Positions 52,600-64,000 of a stretch of DNA of 64,000 bases are shown here, in pieces. Made by a program: the position numbers and the translations under genes. The notes under the pieces are model-generated. The model made no database searches. It was given only the letters and a program-made list of their open reading frames with translations, and had not been told where the DNA came from. The DNA is from Octopus sinensis (Eukaryota). The stretch is from positions 22,072,001 to 22,136,000 of the forward strand of contig NC_043021.1 of assembly GCF_006345805.1 (NCBI RefSeq). Reading direction: 5' to 3'. Within the stretch, counting starts at the first letter, position 1; the number at the start of each line of letters is the position of its first letter.

Positions 52600-52996
52600 G
52601 GGGTGATAAAATGATGATGATGATGATGGTGGTGGTGATGATGGTTGTGGTGGTTGTGACTATGACGGTGATGATGACGATTGTGGTTGTTGTGGTGGTT
52701 GTGATTATGATGATGATGATGATGGTTGAAATGATGCTGCAGAGATTAAAATGAGAAAGATGTAACGTGACAAGGATGGTAGAACTTGGAGAGAGTTGAT
52801 GATGATGATGATGATGATGATGGTGATGATACATGTGCTGGGGGAGAACAGGATGATGATGGTAACGGTGACAAGATGGTATGGTTATGATGAAGATGAT
52901 GTTGATGGGAAGGACATAGTCATGACAAGATAGGAGTCTTGTTGCTGGTGGTGATAGTTTCTCATATCATTATTATTATTATTACTGCTACTACTC

Positions 52997-53029
<33 letters not shown>

Positions 53030-53048
53030 TTATTATTATTATTATTAT
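52600..53048. repeat. (GAT/GGT)n and (ATT)n(CTA)n trinucleotide tracts
   Basis: Visible. Confidence 0.9.
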
Positions 53049-53514
53049 TGAGTGAGAGAGCAGTGTATGCCATCAAAGTGACACTGGGGTAAAATATACG
53101 AAGCTCAATATACCCATCATGACTACCCGTCTGATAAGGGTACACCAGGCATATGCATCACAACCATATGTGCGCGACATGGTGATCTCATATCAAAATA
53201 AACAGCACATGACCTTGCAGGTGGGGCCCAGTTAGAATTTTCTTCAGGTTGAGTAGCCCATCCCGCTCAAACGGTCCCTGAATAAGGGTTGTTTAAGGAT
53301 GTTGAAAGAACCACCCATGTTTCCAGAGGTGAACTATTCAAACCCCAAAGAATCCCTCTCAACACATGGCTATGATGCTCCCCCACTACTTCTGCTCGTG
53401 GTCAGAGATGCATATATCATCAGCCACTAAGGGACATGCTCAACTGGTTAAGGTCAAACAACTGACAAGCAAATCTGTGGTATTGAGCAGCATATTTGCT
53501 GTAGCCCATCTTTT
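53049..53514 (+). mobile_element. Unclassified dispersed repeat F
   Basis: Homologous to 26196-26540; no TIR or tRNA head recognised. Confidence 0.75.
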
Positions 53515-53771
53515 ATTATTATCATTATCATTCAAGGTGGTGAGCTGGCAGAACAGTCTGCACACCTGGGTGAAGTGCTTAGCAGTATTTTGTCTGTCTT
53601 CACGTTCTGGGTTCAAATTCCACTGAGGCTAACTTTGTCTTTCATCCTTTTGGGGTTGACAAAAATAAGTACCAGTGAAACACTGGGGTCAATGTAATCA
53701 ACTAGTCCCCTCCCCACAAACTTCATGCCTTGTGCCTTTAGTAGATAGAATTATTATTATTTTTTATTATT

Positions 53772-53927
53772 GTAGCTGTGTGGTAGGTAGCTTGTTTACC
53801 AACCACATGGTTCCGGGTTCAGTCCCACTGCGTGGCACCTTGGGCAAGTGTCTTCTACTATAGCCTCGGGCCGACCAAAGCCTTGTGAGTGGATTTGGTA
53901 GACGGAAACTGAAAGAAGCCCGTCGTA

Positions 53928-53967
<40 letters not shown>

Positions 53968-54177
53968 GGGGAGGGGGTTGTCTGTGTTTGTCCCCCTAGC
54001 ATTGCTTGACAACCGATGCTGGTGTGTTTATGTCCCCGTCACTTAGCGGTTCGGCAAAAGAGACCGATAGAATAAGTACTGGGCTTACAAAAGAATAAGT
54101 CACGGGGTCGAGTTGCTCGATTAAAGGTGGTGCTCCAGCATGGCCGCAGCCAAATGACTGAAACAAGTAAGTAAAGA
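53772..54177 (+). mobile_element. SINE A, full length
   Basis: Complete structure. Confidence 0.9.
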
Positions 54178-54208
54178 ATTATTGCTGTTGTTGTTGTTGT
54201 TGTTAATA

Positions 54209-54510
54209 TTATTACCTCGGTAAGGTGGAGGTATTGTTTCAGTTGCATTTGTTTCCTTGTTTGTCTGTGGACAAGATATCTCAAGAACCGCTGGATGGAT
54301 TCAGATAAAACTTTCAGGGATGTTGGCTTCAGAACTGGCACCAACCGATTAGATTTTGAGATCGATGCAGTGCCAGACAAGGATTCCAGATTATTTTTCC
54401 TGTTTCTTTAATTTTTGAAAGCAGTCGAGTTTATTATCAGATATTCTTATTTTAAAAATCATCTCTGGCAAATCATTGAGAGGATATTGGTGTTGACTTG
54501 ACGGAGTTTT
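54209..54510 (+). mobile_element. Helentron-associated (HINE-like) element, degenerate
   Basis: attacctcggtaagg...gtttgtctgtggacaagatatctc...ggatggattcagataaaactttcagg...gattagattttg...cttgacggag (subTIR-like ends). Confidence 0.5.
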
Positions 54511-54529
54511 GAGCTGAGTGTTGTTGTTA

Positions 54530-54733
54530 TTATTATCATTATTATTATTATTATTATTATTACTATTATTATTATTATTATTATTACTATTATTATTATT
54601 ATTATTATTATTACTATTATTATTATTATTATTATTGTTGTTATTATTATTGTTATTATCATTATTATTATTATTGTTATTATTATCGTTATTATTATTA
54701 TTATTGTTATTATTATCGTTATTATTATTATTA

Positions 54734-54765
<32 letters not shown>

Positions 54766-55025
54766 GTTGTTATTATCATTATTATTATTATTATTGTTAT
54801 TATCATTATTATTGTTATTATTATTATTATTATTATAGTTATTATTATTATTATTGTTATTATCATTATTATTATTATTGTTATTATTATCGTTATTATT
54901 ATTATTATTGTTATTATTATCGTTATTATTATTATTATTGTTATTATTATTATTATTATATTATTATTATTATTGTTATTATTATCGTTATTATTATTAT
55001 TATTATTGTTATTATCATTATTATC

Positions 55026-55059
<34 letters not shown>

Positions 55060-55085
55060 GTTGTTGTTATTATTATTATTACATT
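54530..55085. repeat. ~555-bp (ATT)n tract
   Basis: Visible. Confidence 0.97.
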
Positions 55086-55710
55086 TTACTGCTCAAAGCT
55101 CTCAATCTTACTTGCTCTGGTTAATTCCATGAAAGCAGACATCTTATTGCCAAGGGTCTCACAGAGTCTCTTCCAATAGATTATAAGACTTGGTATTTCG
55201 CTGTTAAGCATCGTGGAAGATACTCAACACCCATGTACCAATTCCCAAATCCCAGCTGGTGTGGAGGCATAATGACTACCCCCAATAGAGCAGTTTTGGG
55301 GGCATGCTTGCTGTGCCCGACAGAACAGTTATTTGGAAGCTGGCAGAATCATAAACAATGCCTAGCAACACTTCTTCTGGTTCTCTATGTTCTGAGGTCA
55401 GCTATATCTATCATTATTTTGGGTTAATAAAATAAAGTACACGTCGACCACTGAATCGATGGCAATCAGTAACCTCCTCCCAAAAAGTGGGATTAAATTC
55501 AGAGCCTTATGATTACAAAGCAAACTTCTTAATCACTTAGAAATCTGTTTGACTAAGAGAGTGGAAATTAACACATTTCTTTATCTGAATCTTGAAAGCT
55601 GAACGAAGCGGTGATTGAGAGATTGAATTTGGATGAAAACATATATATATATATATATATATATATTCACTCCATAATAAAGACATGATACAATGTAGGT
55701 AAAGAAATTT

Positions 55711-55749
55711 GAGAAATTTGAAAAGTTTACACGAAACCGGTTATTTCTC
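55711..55749 (+). ncRNA. Decayed minimal hammerhead motif
   Basis: gagaaat/atttctc 7-bp stem I, core ttgaaaa (2 transitions from CUGANGA), gt ttac ac stem II, GAAA-CCGG-UU. Confidence 0.5.
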
Positions 55750-55779
55750 CAAAAACTATGTTACTATACACAAAATTTT

Positions 55780-55987
55780 ATAACATTTTTCTAACATAAC
55801 GACTTAAATATATTCTTTAACCTCATAGCACAAGCCTTCTGTAGTTTTTTCACTCTTTTTTATTTTTTATACATCCAACCACGTGCTTGGATGTATAAAA
55901 AATAAAAAAAAGAGTGACAAAAATACAGAAGGCTTATGTTATAAGGTTAAAGAATATATTTAAGTCGTTGTGTTAGAAAAATGTTAT
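55780..55987. repeat. 208-bp palindrome (~100-bp arms, 8-nt loop)
   Basis: Arms 55780-55878 and 55887-55987, roughly 92% complementary. Confidence 0.92.
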
Positions 55988-56254
55988 GGCAACATTTCAA
56001 AGTTAAAACAATGTAAAAGGCATTGTGACCAGCAATGTATAACAACATCGAAAAATCTGGCCAATACCAAATCCCTTTAAGACACATGACATATTTTATA
56101 AATATGGCTGTTCAAGAATCATAAGAGTATAAAACTCTTAGTAGCTCTTTTGACTGTGTATTAAATTGATATTTATCTCTCATTAGATGGAGTACCTTTC
56201 TTTTTGATTCTACCTCTGTTGGATCTTTAAACTACATATATATATATATATATA

Positions 56255-56553
56255 TACAAAATTTAGAGGAATGACCACTAATAGTGGACAGCCTGTATGC
56301 TAGATATAGATGTCAAACTCGCCATTTACCACGAAGAATGTGTTCTCAAAAAAAAAAAAATTCAGTAAAAACCAAAGTTTAAAAATAAGACAAATGAAAA
56401 TATACGAAAATAAAAAAACGATTACCTACGTACTAATTAGTTTCACTTTGTTTTTTTATTTGAGAAACATTCTTCGTGGTAAATGGCGAGTTTGACGTCT
56501 ATATCTAGCATACAGGCTGTCCACTATTAGTGGTCATTCCTCTAAATTTTGTA
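56255..56553. repeat. Fold-back element with ~95-bp arms, TA-flanked
   Basis: tacaaaatttagaggaatgaccactaatagtggacagcc...gttctcaaa versus tgagaaacattc...cctctaaattttgta; left arm and spacer homologous to 57325-57503. Confidence 0.9.
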
Positions 56554-56634
56554 TGTATAAAATTTTAATCTTCGGATTTTTTAAATAATATGCTAGGCCA
56601 CTGGTTTTAATTTCTACCCTTATTTAATTTTTAA

Positions 56635-56685
<51 letters not shown>

Positions 56686-56942
56686 CATATATATATATAT
56701 ATGTATAGTTCACAGTTGAGATCTAGAGATCCATTGTATAGCAGACACTTAATAGTGCTCAAAGTATTCAAACTTAGACTCCAATGTCTTTACAGGGAAT
56801 TATATATATTCTCACTCACTCACTCACACACACACACATACTGGAGTAAGCACATAAGTGTGAAACAAGGTGGAAAAAATAGTGCTTGAATACCAGAGGG
56901 AGAGTAATATACTTTATAAAAAGGGAGCAAAAATATCACAAA

Positions 56943-56984
56943 AACTGTTACCCAGAGTTTCACATTCCCGTTCGTCAGACAGTT
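56943..56984 (-). ncRNA. Minimal type-I hammerhead ribozyme (canonical core)
   Basis: AACUGU-CUGACGA-ACG ggaa UGU-GAAA-CUC u GGG-UA-ACAGUU. Confidence 0.8.
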
Positions 56985-57058
56985 CTGTTTAGAATTCTAA
57001 ACATATATATATATGTACTGGCATAGATGTGGCAACATTTGAAATCTTGTCTAGGTAT

Positions 57059-57129
57059 ATGCAACTGATGAAGACAAATCAAATCTACGTTGTCAAACGT
57101 ATTTGAAGAGTTAGAAACCGGTCCTGCAT
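57059..57129 (+). ncRNA. Hammerhead-like motif with long, imperfect stem II
   Basis: augcaa-CUGAUGA-[tcaaat..acgtt gtca aacgt atttga hairpin]-GAAA-CCGG-UC-cugcau; base of stem II unpaired. Confidence 0.5.
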
Positions 57130-57482
57130 TATCCGATTCTAGGTTTTCCATTTTTCAGATGTAAGAGGTAAGACAAACTTTTTTCATGTTTGTGGCACAC
57201 ATACGTCTTTGCTAGTATATACGCAGTGAAGCTATACAATAGCATCGTATTTATTACGATTGCTATTTTCCAGTAAATATCGGTGCCTCGTTGTACCATT
57301 TATTTACTCTTATATATATATATATACACCAATTAAGGACTGAACACGAAAAAGTGGACAGTCAACATGCTAGATATAGACGTCAAATCGCCATTCTCCA
57401 CAAAAAGTCTATGTTCTCAGATCAAACTCAACACAAAACCAAAACAATAAACAAGTGAAAAATATACGAAATAAATATTTAC

Positions 57483-57548
57483 CCATGTACTAAATTCAGT
57501 TTCGGCTGTTATTTTCCGCAAGGAAAAGTGCAGCCATCATCAGCATGG
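57483..57548 (-). ncRNA. Type-I hammerhead ribozyme with all three stems
   Basis: CCAUG-CUGAUGA-U-GGCUG cac UUUUCC uugc GGAAAA uaa CAGCC-GAAA-CUG aauu UAG-UA-CAUGG. Confidence 0.85.
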
Positions 57549-57619
57549 TCCCATATAAAATGTAATTTGCTGTACTAAATGCCAACACGATACCGAAATA
57601 TCGCATGCATGGAGTACGG

Positions 57620-57678
57620 CCTATATATACATACATATATATATACAAATATATATATATATATAAATAAATATATAC

Positions 57679-57710
<32 letters not shown>

Positions 57711-58237
57711 ATAAATATATACATATACATATATATATAATATATATATATATACATATACATATATATATATATATATATGTATGAATAAATATATATA
57801 TATCTACATATATATATGTATGTATATATATATATATATGTATGTATGTTAACCCATTCACACATAAACATCCATGCCTAGATAATGGTATGGTACACAT
57901 ACCATGCATCCAAAGAGGTACCTGAACAAAAAGTAACAACTGCGTAGATACGCTGTGCATATATAGACTGCATTTGTAATCAGCAGTTGCACTTTTAACC
58001 AACAGTTGCACTAAGCTACTCTGTGTCTGCGTGATAGTACCTGTGTGCATGCGTGTGCATGTGTGCGTGTGTAATAAGCACATTTGATAATGTTTGGTTA
58101 GTAAATTTACATACATTGCGTGTGCACATATAGCAATTGATACACTTGTGTATATGCACATATTCTTATACACATACATATATACACATGCACACCTATA
58201 AACAAATGTATATATATATATATATGTATATATATAT

Positions 58238-58287
<50 letters not shown>

Positions 58288-58458
58288 CAGACATACGCAC
58301 ACACACATCCATATACAATATATAGCTACATACATTACAAACATTCTTACACACACATATATATAAAACAACATACATACATATATATATCTGTATATAT
58401 ATCTGTGTGATATATATATATATAATATATATATATATATATCTGTATATATCTGTAT

Positions 58459-58499
<41 letters not shown>

Positions 58500-58754
58500 T
58501 ACACATACACACATACATATGCACAAACATATATATTCATATATATATTATATATATTATATATATATATATATATATACATACATACACACACGCACAT
58601 ACATCCATACACATACTCATATTCACATATATTACACAAATACATTCATACTAAGAACAAATTCCCATTCATCTCTAGATACATTTGAGCACATATATAA
58701 ATATGTATATATATATATATATATATATGAATAAACATATAAATATTTATATAA

Positions 58755-58786
<32 letters not shown>

Positions 58787-59330
58787 ATATATACATATAT
58801 ATATACATACATAAATACACATGAACATACATACATTCCTATGCATATAGATTCAAATATGTACACGGATACATGCCCACTCACATACAAACATATGCAC
58901 ACACACATAAAAACGCAAATGCACTCATGCATGCATCGCAAGCGTACTTCCGCACATTCATTTCCGCGTATACACACATCAATAAATGTGCACACATAAC
59001 AAAAAAAAAATCATTATGAATAAAAACACTCGAAAATAAAATGCAAAAATATGAAACAGAAAATAAAAAGAAAAGCAAAGAAAACAACATACCCACAACA
59101 AACCAAACAAAACATGAGAAAAGACGAAAGTGAAAGTAAAGTCAACCAATGACGTGCTGGGTGGAGAAGGGGGGAAGGGAAGGTGATCTTATCAAATAAG
59201 ATAAAGCTGCTTACAAGACAGAGCTCTGCAACCCCTTTACCGACATCACTGGATTTCAAAGACCCACGTTTTGCTTCCCATAATATCCATTTATATGCCA
59301 ATCTGTCTCACTAGATTAACTCACATACAA

Positions 59331-59362
<32 letters not shown>

Positions 59363-60359
59363 ATACACATACACATATGTAAGTATGTATTTGTGTGAGC
59401 ATGTATACATACATATATATATATATCTGCATATACATATATATGTGTATAAATAAAAACACACACACATATATAACACATATATATATATAGATATATA
59501 GATAGATAGATACATTCATATATATACATACATATATATATATATACACATACATATATATTCACATATATATATTTACATATACATACATATATATACA
59601 TATATATACATATTTATATATATATGTACACACACACAAATATATATATATACTTATATATATATGTATATATATAAAAAGATATATATACAGTTATATA
59701 TATGTGTGCGTGTGTACATTCATAAAAATAATAAAAACAATAAAAGAACATTAAAACAAACAATCTTTTAATCTCTTAATTGATTTTAGCAGTGAACAAA
59801 ATGTGCAGAATAGGGGAAAAGATTCGCCTTCAACCCTACCATTTTTCTCTTTTTCTTTCCCATTCCCTCTTATTACATGCTAACTTTCATTCTTTTTATA
59901 GGGTAATCTTTCATGTTGTTATGTTGTTGTTGTTGGTTCTTCTGATTTCCACATACTGATGATGTTCAGCCGTTTCTTTACAGGTCCATCCAGTATGCTG
60001 GCTCTGTACACAATATTTATTTTTTCACACGTACTTACACCCCCTCTGACATGAATACACATGTGCACTTCTTTACTTGCTCTTCTTTTCATATGCCCTT
60101 ACAGAATCCTATCTCTCTCTCTCTCTCTCTCTCTCTTTATCTATTTGTAAACATATGGCCCACCTACCTTCTCTGTACTTTATCCAAGAGAGTATCCAAT
60201 CATTCATAAATCTATCTTGTTCTCTAAATATATTTTTACACACGTATGTATACATATATACCCATACGTACATAACACAAATAATATTTTTCTGTACACT
60301 ATATCTGCATTAGCATATATGTATATATATCAGATGTTATATATGCATGTGTATGTATA

Positions 60360-60413
<54 letters not shown>

Positions 60414-60830
60414 TATAAGCAATAATAAATCTCTGAGCAATGTATATACATATATGTATGTGTACTTATGCATGTATACACACTGACATATATTCATACA
60501 AATTACATAAATATATATATATACATATATATATATATATGAATATGCATATATATATAATATATTATGAATATGCAATATATATATATATATATATGAA
60601 TATGCATATATATATATATATATGAATATGCATATATATATATATATATATGAATATGCATATATATATATATATGCATATGTATGATTATATCTATCTA
60701 TATATTCATACATGCATACATACATATATAAATACATGCATGCATGCATAAATACACTTATTCATACATACATACATACATACACAAGCACAGACACATC
60801 CATCCATCCATCCATACATACATACATCCA
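57620..60830. repeat. Large (TA)n/(CA)n/(TACA)n microsatellite fields with short unique islands
   Basis: Visible. Confidence 0.85.
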
Positions 60831-60984
60831 CTGATTTTTCTGAGAACTGTTTATTTAGCAAACCTTTTTGATTGGGTATCTACATGTTTATTTATTTTCC
60901 TTTCTTTTTGCATCAGTTTCTGTCCGTCCATATATCTCTCTATCTATTTGTGTGTGTGTGTGTGTGTGTATTCTCTTATTCTTT

Positions 60985-61368
60985 CACTCTTTTACTTGTT
61001 ACAATTCTTTGACGGTGGCCACGCTGGAGCACTGCCTTAAAGGTTGTTAGCCAAAGAACTCAACCCCAGAATAAACCTAGTACTTATTGTATTGGTGTCC
61101 TTTGCCAAACTGCTAAGTTATGGGAACATAAATACACCAGCATAGGTTGTCAAGCAATGGTAGGAAGAAAAACTCAAACATACATTTATATATATATATA
61201 TATATATATGTGTGATGGGCTTCTTCCAGTTTCCATCCACCAAATTCACTCACAAAGCTCTGGTCATCCCAAGGCAATAGTAGAAGATACATGTCCAAGG
61301 TGCCATGCAATGAGACGGAACCCGGAACCATGTGATTGGGAAGCAGTCTTCTTACCACACAGCCATGA
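60985..61368 (-). mobile_element. SINE A, diverged
   Basis: Head and tail recognisable. Confidence 0.8.
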
Positions 61369-61475
61369 ATATATATATATATGTATATAGATACATACAT
61401 ATACATATATGTATGTATATAGATACATACATATACATAAATATATATATACATATGTATATATATATGTGTGTG

Positions 61476-61786
61476 TGGAGGCGCAATGGCCCAGTGGTTA
61501 GGGCAGCGGACTCGCGGTCATAGGATCGCGGTTTCGATTCCCAGACTGGGCATTGTGAGTGCTTATTGAGCAAAAACATCTAAAGCGCCACGAGGCTCCG
61601 GCAGGGGGTGGTGGCAAACCCTGCTGTACTCTTTCACTGCAACATTCTCTCACTCTTTCTTCTGTTGGCCTGCTCACTTAGCCAGCGGGGTGGCGTCATT
61701 TCAAGGCTAAAACAATGCGAAGCGCATTGTGACCAGCGATGCGTAGTAACATCTGAACACCTGGTCGGTCACGTGATCACGTGATA
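61476..61786 (+). mobile_element. SINE B, full length
   Basis: Near-identical to 21951-22249. Confidence 0.9.
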
Positions 61787-62359
61787 TATATATGTGTGTA
61801 TATATCTCTTACATTTCACATGTCTTAGTCATTAGGCTGCAGCCATACTGGAGCACCACCTTCATACACACACACTCACCATGATCATCATTATCATCAT
61901 TTAATGTCTATTTTTCTATGCTTGCATGGCACAGATGAGACTACATTGTGGCAGAGTATTCTAGGAGAGGTCACTCTTCCAGTTATCTTTCCTGTCCATT
62001 TTCCAAACAAGTTAACAACCCCACTTTTTGCTAAGCTTTGTACACCCTGGACATGTTGACCCAGCAAAATGGAAACAAATGACACCACCCAAAGGTGTCT
62101 CTTATTTACAAAGATTGAGTTAAATGGAAAGAAGCCCGGACATGTCTTTTCGCTGTAGATTGCAATGAAATGTGTATCATGTGTAAATTTTAACAAAAAT
62201 TAAATCAAATTAAATTAAATTAAAATTTGCAATCAGTGAAAACAGATGAAGATGAGGGAAGATAAGACCTCACTCATACAAATACACACACATACATATT
62301 TTTATATACACATGTATGTATGTATATATATATGTATATATATATGTATATATATATAT

Positions 62360-62867
62360 GGCACCCATGCCAACCCACCTTTGCTTGCGAAGACCTATTG
62401 GGGCAAGTGAAATCGAAATCGGATTCGAAATTGAACCAAACCTATGACTGGCACCCGGCAGATGCCAGGACCCCTGGACTGGTGGTATGTAAAAAGCACT
62501 ATCCGAATCGTGGCCGATGCCAGCGCCGACTCGACTGGCTTCCGTGACGGTGGAACGTAAAAAGCACCATCCGAATCGTGGCCGATGCCAGTGCCGCTTC
62601 GACTGGCTTCCGTGCCGGTAGCACGTAAAATGCACCAATCCGACCGTGGCCGTTGCCAGCCTCGCCTGGCACCTGTGTAGGTGGCACGTAAAAAGCACCC
62701 ACTACACTCACGGAGTGGTTGGCGTTAGGAAGGGCATCCAGCTGTAGAAACATTGCCAGAAAAGACTGGAGCCTGGTGCAGCCTTCTGGCTTCCCAGATC
62801 CCCGGTTGAACCGTCCAACCCATGCTAGCATGGAGAACGGACGTTAAGCGATGATGATGATGATGAT
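62360..62867 (+). mobile_element. Long RTE 3'UTR copy with internal 63-68-bp tandem units
   Basis: aaaa.gcac units at 62491, 62559, 62627, 62690; tail ccaacccatgctagcatggagaacggacgttaagcg(atg)n. Confidence 0.88.
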
Positions 62868-62959
62868 ATATATATATATATGTAAAAGAGGTGAGGACCA
62901 AAATCCTTCAAAGGGATGTCAAAAATCCAAGTCCGCCAGTGCAGTCCAAGAAAAGAATA

Positions 62960-63136
62960 TATTCTTTTATTTGTTTCAGTCATTTGACTGTAGCCATGCT
63001 GGAGCACTGCCTTTAGTCAACTTATTCTATCAGTCTCTTTTTTTTTTCGAACTGCTAAGTTACAGGGATGTAAATACACCAACATCGGTTGTCAAGCAAG
63101 GATAGGGGGACAAACACAGACACACAAACACACACA

Positions 63137-63180
<44 letters not shown>

Positions 63181-63345
63181 ACGGGCTTCTTTTCAGTTTC
63201 CGTCTACCAAATCCACTCACAAGGCTTTGGTCGGCCTGAGGCTATAGTAGAAGACACTTGCCCAAGGTGCCACGCAGTGGGACTGAACCCGGAACCATGT
63301 GGTTGGTAAACAAGCTACTTACCACACAGCCACTCCTGCGCCTAT
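62960..63345 (-). mobile_element. SINE A
   Basis: Complete head, partly deleted tail. Confidence 0.88.
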
Positions 63346-63348
63346 ATA

Positions 63349-63600
63349 AAATATGAATTAGAGATGAAACCACTATTATGCAACTCAAACAGTGATAGAC
63401 ATAAACCAATACATAAATAACAAATAATATATGTATAATTTTTTTTAATATATAACTTATAACTAGATCTCAAAAAGGATAAAATGAATGATAAATATAT
63501 AATATATTATATATTTATCACTCATTTTCTACTTTTGTATTGGTTTATGCCTATCACTGTTTGAGTTGCATAATAGTGGTTTTATCTCTAATTCATATTT
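63349..63600. repeat. Fold-back with 65-bp arms and an internal 48-bp palindrome
   Basis: 63349-63413 versus 63536-63600 (63/65); 63481-63528 palindromic. Confidence 0.9.
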
Positions 63601-64000
63601 CATATATTTATACAGTGAACTTTGATTTAATACTAAATTGAATTTTTCCCTGTAAGTTTGGAGATATACTCCCTAATATTATTATTATTACTATTATTAG
63701 ATATATACATATATATATATATATTAGAAGAAATGAGGTTCTCAGAAATCTGGATGGTTTTATACTTACAGATATTTATTAATATGTCACCTGTTTTTAA
63801 CAATCATATATTAGAGCTTGCATCCACTCTAGTGGAGTCATCAGATTGAAATTTTTCAGGAATTTTGTCTCTTTTTATAGGATTATTGAGTATGTAGGGG
63901 GGAGAGATATATAAGATAGTACAAGAGGGTGAGGAATGGGGAGAAAGTGAGGGAGAGTGCCCGTGTGTGTGCTTTTGTATATGAAAGGTGTGTCGATGGA

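Noticed and set aside
54459-55179. Poly-Ile/Leu/Tyr ORFs
   Set aside because: (ATT)n microsatellite

Overview
This is AT-rich, repeat-saturated animal DNA, either intronic or intergenic, with a 100-N gap at 20616-20715. It is most likely from a cephalopod (Octopus); this is an inference from the SINE families and microsatellite load and is not verified. There is no intact long protein-coding ORF, and almost all entries in the ORF track are read-throughs of microsatellites or SINEs. Recognisable content: dozens of tRNA-headed SINE copies (at least 4 families, labelled A-D here); RTE-clade and CR1-type LINE remnants; a decayed mariner transposase; a decayed Penelope-like element (PLE) ORF with a GIY-YIG-like domain; piggyBac-type and Helitron/Helentron-type non-autonomous elements; several long fold-back inverted repeats; and several minisatellites. 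The most notable signal is a set of type-I hammerhead ribozyme motifs: three with a canonical core and foldable stems, one variant-core copy, and several decayed or partial copies. They sit in short PLE-like non-autonomous repeats, cluster at 55.7-57.6 kb and lie next to fold-back palindromes. Two or three short + strand phase-0 exon candidates (30.5-32.2 kb) may belong to an unidentified host gene. All coordinates and foldings were done by eye.
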